Shown: positions 35,901 to 45,276 of the stretch, piece by piece
Layout: the number at the start of each line of letters is the position of its first letter
How positions within the stretch are numbered: the first letter of the stretch is position 1
Source: a virus
DNA length: 64,000 nt
Reading direction: 5' to 3' (one strand)
IMG/VR virus record: IMGVR_UViG_3300025113_000003
Span: 28,869-92,868 of that record
Made by a program: the position numbers and the translations under genes
Notes under the pieces: model-generated
Database searches by the model: none
What the model saw: only the letters and a program-made list of their open reading frames with translations
What the model was told of the DNA's origin: nothing

Positions 35901-38145
35901 CCCGTTCATCTCGTTCAACCCTACTCTGGGTGCCTCCACAGAAGCCTACATCGAGCTCACGACCTCCACTCACGACTTTGGCTTCTACTCCAACGACGCA
36001 GCTGGCTTCATCACCTTTCACACTGGGTCCAGCAGCCTCGAGCGGCTGCGCGTCGCCGCGTCAGGCGCCATCGGGCTAAGCGGTGCGAACTACGGTACCA
36101 GCGGGCAGGTGCTAACCTCCGCTGGCAGCGGTAGCGCCCCAACCTGGACCACGCAGACCGTTGGCTCCGTGGTGTCAGTGGGTGTCAGTGGTGCCAACGG
36201 CATCGGTGTCAGCGGCTCACCTGTCACAAGCAGCGGCACTATCGCTCTTTCTCTGGAAGCCATTACCCCCACCTCCGTAACCGTACCGCTCGGAGCAGCT
36301 GCCACCCCATCTATCACCTTCAGCGGTGATCCCAACACTGGCATCTACAGCTCCGCTGCTGACACCATCAATTTTGCGACAGCAGGCGTTAGCGAGTTTA
36401 GCCTGTCAAGCGGTCTCGCGGCATTCGGCGGCAAGGTCTCTGGCTCCTCCAGTGGGCTGTCAGTGCCTTCATGGACAACCTCGGGCTGCACCTCGCAGTG
36501 GACCGCAGGTACAGTTACTGACAACTCATCGGCAGCTGCAGCAACCGTGTCATCACGGATGGCGAACTCCTTTAGCACTCCAACGTTTGCCTCCACCAAC
36601 GCCATTACGGTAACCAACGCCGCCACGATGTACATCGCTGGTGCCCCCGTCGCTGGCACCAATACTACCCTCACCAACACCTACGCGCTGTGGATTGATG
36701 GCGGTGAGTGCCGCATTGACGGCAACATAGACGCTCTAGGTGGAGTTACGGGGGCTCTTACTGGCAACGTTACTGGCAACGTTACTGGCACGCTTACCGG
36801 AAACGTCATCGTCCCGCTTGGTACGGTAACGGTTCCATCTATCTCGTTCTCAGGTGACTCCAACACGGGCATCTACAGCCCTGCTGCTGATCAGCTAGCC
36901 ATCACCACAGCTGGAACACAGGCGATCTCATTTGACGCATCTGGCAACACCAATGTCACCGGTGGTCTCGGAATTCGTGCCGGCGTTCCCTCGACAAGCG
37001 CGAGCGCCGTTTCATCTTTTGATGTGTCGGCAAACGCAACGCGGTACGGCATTCAAAGCACGCTGAATATCACGTCAAGCACGCTGACTGGGGACCGCAG
37101 CCACTTTGGTGTCTACAGCCTCGTAGAGCAACAGGACCAGTCTGCCGAGGCTTTCTCATCACACGACTATGCTTTTTATGGCTTAGCTCGGACTAGTGCC
37201 ACCGCTGGCACCTCCGTTAATGGTGAGGGCAGTCTAACTGGAGTGTTTGGTCAAGCAGCCCATCAGTCAGCTGACGCCACTTACTTTAACGTAGAGAACA
37301 TGTATGGTGGTAGGTTCAACATCTTGCTGAATGGGGCCACCGCCGCCACCGACCAAGCGTATGGCGTGAACTCCACTTTCTCCTCCTCTGCTGCAGGTTC
37401 CAATATAGCCACCGGTTACCTGTACTATGGTTCATTTGGCACAGTTACAGGGACGATCACCAACCGATACGGTGTCTACATCGTCTCAGATTGCAACAAC
37501 TACTTTACCGGTGGCATTCAGATCGGTGGTACCGCCGCCGGTCCTGCAACTGCCTTTGGTCTTGGTGTGGGTGTGGCACCTCCAGGTGCAGGTGAAATTC
37601 AATCGTCGGCTACCATTCAAGCAGGTGGCCAGCTCTACGCAGCCGCTGGCACCGCTTCAACGAGTACTACAACAGGTGCACTGCGAGTTACCGGTGGTGC
37701 CGGCATCTCGGGCGCGGTTTTTATCGGTGGAGTGCTGTCTGCCGATGCTGGCTCAGCAGCAACAAGCACCACGACTGGCTCCATTCAAGTAACAGGTGGT
37801 ATTGGTCTGACTGGTGCTGTCTACGCTGGCGGCGAGGTAACTGCCTTTTCAGATCGTCGTGTCAAGGACAACCTACAGCTCATCCCAGATGCCCTTGCGA
37901 AGGTGGAGCGACTCAATGGCTATACCTACACCCGCAGCGACCTGCCAGAAGAAGAGGGAAAACGCCACGCCGGCGTTATCGCACAGGAGGTCGAGGAGGT
38001 GCTACCTGAAGTCGTGACGACTGGTGAGGACGGCTTCAAGGGTGTTGCCTACGGCAACATGGTGGCGCTGCTGATCGAGTCAGTCAAGGAGCTCAGCGCC
38101 AAGGTACGGGATCTCGAGACACGGCTTGCTCGGCATGAAAACTGA
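32947..38145 (+). CDS. Long tail fibre (1732 aa) with S74 chaperone
   Basis: Repeated fibre modules (FSGDxNTGxxSxAADx three times, ERLR..GANYGTSGQVLTSAGS twice); FSDRRVKDN and GVIAQEVE. Confidence 0.9.
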   Translation: MKFHGITLEQGSSVANLTVSSGTAFPTSPDEGELFFRSDTDLRLKGLYLYVGGSWDRIASTDSLTLPNGAVLPTQANEGDVFYLSSGDASEGIYVFRNDSWVAASGEGTAPIFDVTGDVTGTIDGGTDVLTLVSTTVTPGSYGSATQAGTFAVDAKGRLTGAADVLVTPAWSSVTGTPTTLAGYGITNAVLKTGDTMTGPLAITGTGSGLTIADGNLLLTRAIDNIAGAQFTNTSTGGDAETALYLTNDAGDYFTVSISGSGFTPVAQASTAYVWTDAAAISFGTNSIERLRISNGAFGLGGANYGTSGQVLTSAGSAAVPTWTTPLGGTVTSVATVQPTEGLTITGGPITSSGTLTFELANDLAALEELTTTGLATRTAADTWVSRSIAVVGSGISVADGGGVAGNPTITLVSATAATPSTLVFRDASGNFSAGTITAALTGNATTATTLATGRTFSITGDVTASGISFDGSANVALASTLGTTAVAPGSYGSTTQVGTFTVSGQGRLTAAANAAIAFPVTSVAGQTGAVTLTTANITGYGTVTDAVFTLTDDGDPTKVAKFEASGITTATTRTYTLPNADGTIAITGALAQTFSGALTFSNAALTVGSATTAATYNLGTGATTSGNTKTINLGTAGVAGSTTVVNVGSSTSNTTINLTGKVVLAGDPATSLEAATKSYVDAIKEGLNVHAASQVGSAVNLPATYANGTAGEGATLTASANGVLVVDGVNPVVGNRVLLGGQSNTAHNGIYVVTNVGSASTQWVLTRATDFDTADEIQPGDFVFNQGGTTRANTGYVQTQTVTTVGTDPIVFYQFSGTGAYIGGAGLTLTGTTFDIGTGSATRIVVNPDNIDLATVTDLGTGTFLKLTRDAYGRVAGTTPVVVSDITSLVNASYVQKAGDLMTGALGITAGLVGTPGLYFSGDTNTGLFSPAADTFAITTGGTERLRISSAGDVGIATAPSSSFKLTVAGNIGATGNVLLAGTTPFISFNPTLGASTEAYIELTTSTHDFGFYSNDAAGFITFHTGSSSLERLRVAASGAIGLSGANYGTSGQVLTSAGSGSAPTWTTQTVGSVVSVGVSGANGIGVSGSPVTSSGTIALSLEAITPTSVTVPLGAAATPSITFSGDPNTGIYSSAADTINFATAGVSEFSLSSGLAAFGGKVSGSSSGLSVPSWTTSGCTSQWTAGTVTDNSSAAAATVSSRMANSFSTPTFASTNAITVTNAATMYIAGAPVAGTNTTLTNTYALWIDGGECRIDGNIDALGGVTGALTGNVTGNVTGTLTGNVIVPLGTVTVPSISFSGDSNTGIYSPAADQLAITTAGTQAISFDASGNTNVTGGLGIRAGVPSTSASAVSSFDVSANATRYGIQSTLNITSSTLTGDRSHFGVYSLVEQQDQSAEAFSSHDYAFYGLARTSATAGTSVNGEGSLTGVFGQAAHQSADATYFNVENMYGGRFNILLNGATAATDQAYGVNSTFSSSAAGSNIATGYLYYGSFGTVTGTITNRYGVYIVSDCNNYFTGGIQIGGTAAGPATAFGLGVGVAPPGAGEIQSSATIQAGGQLYAAAGTASTSTTTGALRVTGGAGISGAVFIGGVLSADAGSAATSTTTGSIQVTGGIGLTGAVYAGGEVTAFSDRRVKDNLQLIPDALAKVERLNGYTYTRSDLPEEEGKRHAGVIAQEVEEVLPEVVTTGEDGFKGVAYGNMVALLIESVKELSAKVRDLETRLARHEN

Positions 38146-38193
38146 AACCCTGGTGCTGGATAAATACAGCTGCCACCTACTATTGAGAACTAG

Positions 38194-40968
38194 ATGCTGA
38201 TTGACCGTCCCCAGGTAACTGAAACATCGCAGGTCATTAACCTGACGGTGCCACGTGGCACCGCTGAACCTGCTGACCCAGACACCGGCGAGCTCTTTTA
38301 TCGTACTGATCTCAACGAGCTGCGCGTCTACACCGGCACTGGTTGGGCAGAGGTTGGCTCAACAGGGCTAACGACGCACGAGAATCGAACCGATCTTCAC
38401 CTTACCTCTGAGCAGAACACTCTGCTGGATGGCATCAACTCCACTGTCTCATCCACTGAGATCAACTACCTCGATGGCGTCACTGCTCCAATTCAAGGAC
38501 AGCTAGACACACTTGGAGCCAGCGCCAGCACCCACGCGGCTGACGACGCGCGGCACCTCACGCCAGAGCAGAACACCCTGCTAGACGGGCTTGCTAGTAC
38601 GCTGACCGCTGCTGAGCTCAACTACGTCGACGGGGTAACTGGACCAGTTCAGTCGCAGCTAGACGCCATTGTCGCTGTCAACAACACCCAAAATACGGCT
38701 CTAAGCAGCCTTCAAACGCAGATCAACAACAACGCGTCCAGCGGAAGCACCGCGCTTTCTACACACGCCACTGACGATGGCTTGCACCTAACAGCGGTGC
38801 AGAACACCTTTCTTGATGGGCTCAGTCTGCCTACTCTCACGTCATCTGAAGCGAACTACCTGATAGGGGTGACTTCCTCCATCCAGACGCAGCTGAACAC
38901 GCTGACCTCCACCAAGCTGGCGCGTAACGGTTCACAGGCGATGCAAGGTAGCCTGGCAATGGGCGGCTTCGGTATTACCGGGCTGGCGACCCCGTCCGCT
39001 GGCACCGACGCAGCCAACCGCGACTACGTTGATAACCTGGTTCAGGGCATCTTCTGGAAGCCGGCGGTGCGGGTTGCAACCACCGCCAACATCACGCTGA
39101 ATGGGCTGCAGACCATTGACGGCGTCGCGCTGGTCGCCAATGACCGTGTTCTGGTCAAGGACCAGACCACCACCTCACAGAACGGCATCTGGTTGGTCTC
39201 ATCAACCGCTTGGTCACGGGCACCTGACGCCGACAACTCACCTCAGAACGAGCTTGACGCGGCAGCTGTCTTCGTACGAGAAGGTGCTCTCTGGGCAGCC
39301 ACCGCCTGGGTCCAGACCCTGCCAGTTACCACCATCAACGTCAGCCCCATCAGCTGGGCGCAGTTCTCAGCGGCGGGTGGTGCGGTAGCTGGCAACGGTA
39401 TCGTGACCGCCGGTGCTGTCATCTCAGTGAAGAACGGCAACGGCTTGACCTTCAGTGGTACCTCGCTGACGCTCAATATCAATACCGACTTCAACCTCGC
39501 TGGGCCGGCGCTCTCTCTAGCGACGGTCCCAACGCTGACCGCTGGTACCTACGGAAACTCCACAACTGTTCCTGTGCTCACGCTTGACGCCAAGGGACGG
39601 GTCACTGCCGCGACCAACACCGCCATCACTGGTTTCCAGCCAGCTGATTCACTGCTGACCAGTATCGCCGGCCTTGGTGGAACTGGAATCATCGTTCAGA
39701 CCGCGGCTGGTGCCGCTGCCAACCGCAGCATCGCGGTCGCCGGTAACGGGCTTTCCATTGTCAACGGCACCGGTGTCAGCGGCAACCCAACGGTCACATC
39801 AGACGCCACCAGTGCCAACACGGCTGACAGCATCGTCTACCGTGACGGCAGCGGTAACTTCAGCGCCGGCACCATAACCGCGACACTTAATGGCACAGCT
39901 TCCAACGCGAACCTACTTAATGGCATCGATACATCGCAGATGATGGTCAGTCGTGGAACAGTCGCGTTAGCTAGCATCAACACCGCGACCAGTCATGGCT
40001 TCTACAACGAGGACAACTCAGGCTTCAGCAAGGCAGTGCTGGTATTCAACCCGGGCGGATCTGCTGGCACTGTCCAGTACCGTCATACCTACAACACCGG
40101 ACCTGGGGAGCTGTTCGAGTTTCGCAACCGAACTGACAACCTTACCTGGCAGCCGTGGCGCACCGTGCTACATGAGGCCAACTACAGCAACTTCTCGCCG
40201 ACTCTAACTGGTGGTGGAGCATCAGGTACCTGGGCCATCAACATCACCGGTAACGCTGGCACGGTTGATGGACTGTCGGTGTCCACCGGCGTCAACAACG
40301 TTGCTAATCAGATCGTGCGCACCAACGGCAGCGGCTACACTGACTTTGGTTGGATCAACACGATCTCAGGTAACAACGGCACGACACCTATCACTCGAGT
40401 GTACGCATCGGATGACGCGTACATTCGCTACTACACGCTTACCAACTTCTGCGATCAGATCACCCGTTTTGACAACATCGCCACGATCAACGGATTTTCA
40501 CCCCCGAACGGCGCCATTCGCCTGACCCCCAACCTGCACCTCAATGCAGCAGCTGGCAACGCGGTCATCATCAACTGGGACAACGGTGGCTCAGGTTCGC
40601 AGCTGGCCCTTCGCGTTGGCAACGGTGCTAGCTCGGACGTCTTCACCGTCACGCATGCTGGCACGGTGGTTGCCGATGGTGACATCACCGCCTTCTCGGA
40701 TCGCCGCCTCAAGGTCAACATTCAGTCAATCTGCGGTGCCCTCGAAACTGTAGGACGGTTGCAGGGGGTAACCTTCCAACGCGCCGACACCAGCAAGCAC
40801 GGCATGGGGCTAATTGCACAGGACGTTCAGGCGGTGGTTCCAGAGGTGGTCCATGAGAGCACCACTGGAATGCTGTCAGTCGCCTACGGCAACCTGGTTG
40901 GGCTGCTGATTGAAGCCATCAAGGAGCTGAAGGCCGAGGTGGATGAGCTAAAGAAAGACAGGAGCTAA
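38194..40968 (+). CDS. Tail fibre with S74 chaperone
   Basis: ELNYVDGVT repeats, VRVATTANITL..DRVLVKDQ module, FSDRRLK and GLIAQDVQ. Confidence 0.88.
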   Translation: MLIDRPQVTETSQVINLTVPRGTAEPADPDTGELFYRTDLNELRVYTGTGWAEVGSTGLTTHENRTDLHLTSEQNTLLDGINSTVSSTEINYLDGVTAPIQGQLDTLGASASTHAADDARHLTPEQNTLLDGLASTLTAAELNYVDGVTGPVQSQLDAIVAVNNTQNTALSSLQTQINNNASSGSTALSTHATDDGLHLTAVQNTFLDGLSLPTLTSSEANYLIGVTSSIQTQLNTLTSTKLARNGSQAMQGSLAMGGFGITGLATPSAGTDAANRDYVDNLVQGIFWKPAVRVATTANITLNGLQTIDGVALVANDRVLVKDQTTTSQNGIWLVSSTAWSRAPDADNSPQNELDAAAVFVREGALWAATAWVQTLPVTTINVSPISWAQFSAAGGAVAGNGIVTAGAVISVKNGNGLTFSGTSLTLNINTDFNLAGPALSLATVPTLTAGTYGNSTTVPVLTLDAKGRVTAATNTAITGFQPADSLLTSIAGLGGTGIIVQTAAGAAANRSIAVAGNGLSIVNGTGVSGNPTVTSDATSANTADSIVYRDGSGNFSAGTITATLNGTASNANLLNGIDTSQMMVSRGTVALASINTATSHGFYNEDNSGFSKAVLVFNPGGSAGTVQYRHTYNTGPGELFEFRNRTDNLTWQPWRTVLHEANYSNFSPTLTGGGASGTWAINITGNAGTVDGLSVSTGVNNVANQIVRTNGSGYTDFGWINTISGNNGTTPITRVYASDDAYIRYYTLTNFCDQITRFDNIATINGFSPPNGAIRLTPNLHLNAAAGNAVIINWDNGGSGSQLALRVGNGASSDVFTVTHAGTVVADGDITAFSDRRLKVNIQSICGALETVGRLQGVTFQRADTSKHGMGLIAQDVQAVVPEVVHESTTGMLSVAYGNLVGLLIEAIKELKAEVDELKKDRS

Positions 40969-40969
40969 G

Positions 40970-41899
40970 ATGACAACTCCGACCGGCCCGGTCTCACTGG
41001 GAAACATTCAAACTGAGTTTGGTGGGGCTAACCCTATCTCGCTTTCTGAGTACTACAGAGGTGGGACATACGTCCCGCCTAATCAGCACACCTCAGCGAC
41101 CGATGGTAGCGCTATCCCGACCAGCGGCACCATTGGAATGGGGGAGTTTAGAGGTGTTGATGTAATCCGCCTGACACTCTCCGCTGATACCACCAACTAC
41201 GACATTCGAGTTGCAGCGGGTAGCCCGACCCAGCGGACTACAGTGGTGCTCACCATCAACTCTGGAGTCTATGTCTACGCCACGACCACTTCAGAATACG
41301 GAGTTGATACAGGGACCGGTTGGGCTTCAGGCAGCACCATCTACATCATCAACAACGGCAACATCGCTGGCCGTGGTGGTGCCGGCGGAAACGGTGCTGG
41401 AAACAGCGCGGCAACAGCGGGCGGCGCAGGCGGACCCGCCCTTCACGTGCAGCTCCCTACCACCATAGACAACAACGGTACCATAGCTGGTGGAGGAGGC
41501 GGAGGAGGCGGTGGCGCAGGTCGTCTCTACAGCGACGGCAAGGGATACACTATCGCCAGCTCAGGTGGGGGTGGAGGCGGTGGTCGTGTTAATGGGGTAG
41601 GGGGTTCCAACCCCAATGTGTCAGGACACACAATTGACCATAACAACGGGACCAGCGGGACCACTGCGACCCTCACCACCACTGGTAGTGGTGGTGGTGG
41701 TTCATCTGGCAACACCGTAAATGCAGGCGCCGGCGGCGCCGCCGGCGCCTGGGGCTCCGCTGGCTCCGCTGGTTCTTCAGGCAGTGGTCCGGGCTCGAGT
41801 GGAACACCAGGTGGTGGTGGCGCCGCCGGCGCCTACCTCGTTGGTCAGGCCAACGTAACCTGGATTTCTACTGGAACTCGCCTCGGTACAGCATCGTAA
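40970..41899 (+). CDS. Glycine-rich gp38-like adhesin
   Basis: NIQTEFGGANPISLSEYYRG N-terminus; NNGNIAGRGGAGG and poly-Gly motifs as in T-even gp38. Confidence 0.78.
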   Translation: MTTPTGPVSLGNIQTEFGGANPISLSEYYRGGTYVPPNQHTSATDGSAIPTSGTIGMGEFRGVDVIRLTLSADTTNYDIRVAAGSPTQRTTVVLTINSGVYVYATTTSEYGVDTGTGWASGSTIYIINNGNIAGRGGAGGNGAGNSAATAGGAGGPALHVQLPTTIDNNGTIAGGGGGGGGGAGRLYSDGKGYTIASSGGGGGGGRVNGVGGSNPNVSGHTIDHNNGTSGTTATLTTTGSGGGGSSGNTVNAGAGGAAGAWGSAGSAGSSGSGPGSSGTPGGGGAAGAYLVGQANVTWISTGTRLGTAS

Positions 41900-41920
41900 A
41901 TAGAGCGAGGAGATACACAG

Positions 41921-42268
41921 ATGAAAGAGTTTACCTGGAAGATCGTTGAGGTCGACGCGGGCCAGGGGGCCATGCTGGTTGAGTACACCCATGAAGGGGC
42001 GCGCACTACCCTGAACCTCCCCATGCCGCCGTTTGGCGAGAACCTCGGCGTGTGGGTCAAAGCCTATGCTCCTGTGGCAGACTGGGATCGAGCGGAAACG
42101 GCCTTTGCCGACGTTCAGCCAGGAATGCACGGGGATGACGTCATCGACGACGTAGATCCAGCGGAGCCACTGAGCGACAACGCCAACGTCATTGGCTCCT
42201 GGAATGAGGAGTACCTGCGCGCCATCGTCTACAGCGTCCTAGAGGAGATGCGTGAAGCCTCCGTATGA
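41921..42268 (+). CDS. Hypothetical late protein
   Basis: GAGGAG RBS; TAAATA at 41897. Confidence 0.65.
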   Translation: MKEFTWKIVEVDAGQGAMLVEYTHEGARTTLNLPMPPFGENLGVWVKAYAPVADWDRAETAFADVQPGMHGDDVIDDVDPAEPLSDNANVIGSWNEEYLRAIVYSVLEEMREASV

Positions 42269-42801
42269 AGGAGACGCTGCACGACGCCCACGGTCGCGAC
42301 CAGACCCGGCTTAAGCGCGTCTTTGGTTGGGTGGTCACCTTCAGGGACTTTCCAACTGGTAGCTGGCAGACCGTCGGCGGTGATGAGATGATGACCCGCG
42401 CGCTGACGCTCTTCACGAAGGGCCGCGCTGAGTTCTACCTCGACGGCGAACGACGCGGCGATCGAGTTCCCGGTATCCTATCCTCAGAGCATGAACCAGT
42501 TGGGCTCGACGGCACCTTCACGCTGCGGTACGTAGAACCGACGACGCGGGTCTGCATTCCAGCCGGCTTCATGATTCACCGCGGTCAGCTGCCACAGGTA
42601 ACCAAGATAGTGCTGGAGGAAGGGCAGACCCTATCAGTAGATGCTGGCTTCAAGGCGCTGGTCTGTTTAGGGCAGGTACAGATTGAAGACCGCACCTTCG
42701 ACGAAGAGAGCACCTTTGCTGTGCGCTCAGAGCAGGTCCAGGTGGTCGCCCGTAAATACACCATCCTGCTTGACTTCACCCACTCGAATGCTCCGTCTTG
42801 A
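42265..42801 (+). CDS. Hypothetical beta-rich (cupin-like?) protein
   Basis: Coupled ORF in the tail-fibre accessory cluster. Confidence 0.6.
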   Translation: MKETLHDAHGRDQTRLKRVFGWVVTFRDFPTGSWQTVGGDEMMTRALTLFTKGRAEFYLDGERRGDRVPGILSSEHEPVGLDGTFTLRYVEPTTRVCIPAGFMIHRGQLPQVTKIVLEEGQTLSVDAGFKALVCLGQVQIEDRTFDEESTFAVRSEQVQVVARKYTILLDFTHSNAPS

Positions 42802-43534
42802 CCGCCTCTTCAACCACCGCCTGCTCATGACGCCGGTGGCGTCCTACGCGGGGCTGGCGGCGCTGATCTACGCAGGCTGGGTGGTGACGACTGGCGTCGT
42901 CAGCCCGTGGTGGCTGGTGCTACAGGTGCTTAGTACCTTTCTCATTCTGATGGGCGTCACCGTTGGGCTGCACCGACTCTTCTGCCACCGTGCCTTTCGA
43001 GCCAGCCGTCTGTGGCACGGTATTCTTGCCTACCTCGGCACGCTAGCGATCTACGGCTCTACGGTGCAGTGGCCCGCGATGCACGCGTCCCATCATCAGT
43101 TCGCAGATACCGACCGAGACCCGCACTACACTGGTTGGCGCTACCTCTTCTGGAAGAGCAACCGACCAACGACCTTCAACCGACGGGTGCTTACGCGGCT
43201 CTACCGCGACCCGCTGCACCGCTTCCTCCACCGCTACTACGTGCTGGTGGTCGGTGGCACCGTGGTTGGTCTCTGGCTCATCTCACCATGGGTACTGCTC
43301 TTCGGCTACCTCGCCCCGCTGGGGTGGCTTCACCTGGTTGGCTCGCTGCACCAGGTCTATGCACACGGGGCGAAGGGCCCGCTGGACCTACCGTGGGCTG
43401 AGGCCGTCGCCTTCACCGGTGGTGAGTGGCTGCACGGACACCATCATACGCGTCCTAAGGACCCGCGCTTCGGCGGTCCTGACCTTGGCTATCGCTTCAT
43501 CCAGCTGATTCAGACGCGTCGAGCTGCTGCTTGA
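42788..43534 (+). CDS. Membrane fatty-acid (delta-9-like) desaturase
   Basis: His boxes HRLFCH, HASHH and GEWLHGHHH; DTDRDPH; TM segments; ATG at 42788. Confidence 0.88.
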   Translation: MLRLDRLFNHRLLMTPVASYAGLAALIYAGWVVTTGVVSPWWLVLQVLSTFLILMGVTVGLHRLFCHRAFRASRLWHGILAYLGTLAIYGSTVQWPAMHASHHQFADTDRDPHYTGWRYLFWKSNRPTTFNRRVLTRLYRDPLHRFLHRYYVLVVGGTVVGLWLISPWVLLFGYLAPLGWLHLVGSLHQVYAHGAKGPLDLPWAEAVAFTGGEWLHGHHHTRPKDPRFGGPDLGYRFIQLIQTRRAAA

Positions 43535-43799
43535 GGTCCTGAGCGCGGTGACCGAGGTAGCTGAACTGGTCACCTAGGTTAGCGGCCAGTTCCACTGCCT
43601 CGCGCTGCATCCACATCAGCAGCTCCTCCTGACTCAGGCGAAGGCGCGCCTCGTCAATTCGCAGCTGCATCAAGTAGGCGGCTGCTCGCCGCTCCTCAGG
43701 CAGTGACTTGATGTAGTCGCTGATCAGGCGGTTGCGCTCACGCTCAAACGCGTCCTCATCGTGTCGCAGCCAGAACAGGTGATCAGTTTTTGGGAGCAT
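43497..43799 (-). CDS. DUF3135-like protein
   Basis: DEDAFERERNRLISDYIKSLPEERR..MQLRID pattern. Confidence 0.55.
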   Translation of the reverse strand: MLPKTDHLFWLRHDEDAFERERNRLISDYIKSLPEERRAAAYLMQLRIDEARLRLSQEELLMWMQREAVELAANLGDQFSYLGHRAQDLKQQLDASESAG

Positions 43800-45276
43800 C
43801 GGGTATATCTAGCTCGACAGAGTAGCCCCACAGCTCATCCGCGTAGTCGGTGACCGAGGCGGCATCTTCTGGGGCAATTTCACGATCAAGGTACGGTTCG
43901 TACTTGAGCTTGAGCTTGCGATCTCCCTCCAGGTCAGCACCGACCACCTTGATCTGTGGCACGTGGTTGATGCGCTCATAGGAGCGAGCTAGGTGAACTC
44001 GGATAGCCTTGTACCCCACCTCGTCGTGGATCTCCGACACGAACGCTGGATGCTCAGCGTCCTCATCTCGGAAGTCAAGGTGCACGCTGAACAGCTTGAG
44101 GTCGCGGATGACCTTTGGTGAGAGGTACTGCTGAATGAAGCTGTCGTCACGGTGCTCGAACACCGCCTCCTTGACGGCGTCCTGCCACCGCTTGCCAATG
44201 AGCTTCGGCATCCACTCGCGGTCCTCGTCGGTGGGTTTCTCGCAGGTACGCTTCACGTCCTGTAGGATAGCGAAGCCAAGCGCGTAGGGGTTGATACCGC
44301 TGTAGTACCTCGAGTTGTAACCTGGCTGGTAGATGACCCCTGAGTGATGGTCCAAGAAGGCCATGAAGGCATCCGGCGAGAGGATGCCCTTCTCCTCCAG
44401 GCGCGTCATGATGTAGTAGTGACAGAAGGTCGCGTAGCCCTCGTTGAGGTTCTTCGTCTGCCCCTGTGGATAGAAGTACTGGTTGACCTTGCAGACGATA
44501 CGCAGCACCTCGCGCTTCCACTGCTCCATTGACGGCGACTTCTTCATGATGAAGTAGAGCAGGTTCTCCTCATCCTCAATCTTCTCGTGGTCGTCGTCAA
44601 CAAGTTCATCATCCTTGAAGCTGGTCTTCTTCATGATGATGTCCAGCTCACGCTGGCGCTTCTCCTCACGCTCCATGAGCAGCTTCAGCCGCGCCTCGTC
44701 GGTAAGCTTTGGCCGGTGCTTGCGCTTGAACTTGTCGACGCCGTGTGGGGCCAGGGCGTGAGCGGCATCCAACAGGTCTTCAACCTCATCCACGCCGTAA
44801 CGCTGCTCGCAGCGTCGAATGTAGTCACGAGCAAAGATCATGTAGTCGATGATCGACCCGGCGCTGGTCCACTGCTTGAAGGTCTCGTTGTTGCGAAAGA
44901 CGGCGTTGTGCCCAAAGGCAGCATGCGCGATGACCATCGTCTGCTGCAGCATGCTGTTCTCCTCCATTAGGTAGGAGATGCAGGGGTCGCTGTTGATGAC
45001 GATCTCGTAGGCCAGGCCCATGCGGCCGCGCTTGTAGGCCTTGTCGTTGCGCAGGAATTCCTTGCCAAAGGACCAGTGGTTGTAGTGCACCGGCATGCCA
45101 ATGGAGGCATAGGCATCGAGCATCTGCTCAGCTGAGATGATCTCTATCTGGTTTGGATAGAGAAGACCCCCAAGCTCCAGCTCTTCAAGAGCGATCTTCT
45201 CTATCTCATAGTAGACACGCTCAATGAGCTCTCGTGACCAGTCAGTGTGGCTCGTGATAAGCAGCGGCTCGCTCAT
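43783..45276 (-). CDS. ycgB: SpoVR/YcgB family protein
   Basis: YPNQIEII, GMPVHYNHWSFGK, MGLAYEIVINS, YFYPQGQTK and NPYALGF motifs. Confidence 0.95.
   Translation of the reverse strand: MSEPLLITSHTDWSRELIERVYYEIEKIALEELELGGLLYPNQIEIISAEQMLDAYASIGMPVHYNHWSFGKEFLRNDKAYKRGRMGLAYEIVINSDPCISYLMEENSMLQQTMVIAHAAFGHNAVFRNNETFKQWTSAGSIIDYMIFARDYIRRCEQRYGVDEVEDLLDAAHALAPHGVDKFKRKHRPKLTDEARLKLLMEREEKRQRELDIIMKKTSFKDDELVDDDHEKIEDEENLLYFIMKKSPSMEQWKREVLRIVCKVNQYFYPQGQTKNLNEGYATFCHYYIMTRLEEKGILSPDAFMAFLDHHSGVIYQPGYNSRYYSGINPYALGFAILQDVKRTCEKPTDEDREWMPKLIGKRWQDAVKEAVFEHRDDSFIQQYLSPKVIRDLKLFSVHLDFRDEDAEHPAFVSEIHDEVGYKAIRVHLARSYERINHVPQIKVVGADLEGDRKLKLKYEPYLDREIAPEDAASVTDYADELWGYSVELDIPDAPKN

Noticed and set aside
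36757-36810. Tandem 12-nt repeat (TTACTGGCAACG)
   Set aside because: Encodes TGNV repeats of the tail fibre; not a CRISPR array or an evident contingency locus.
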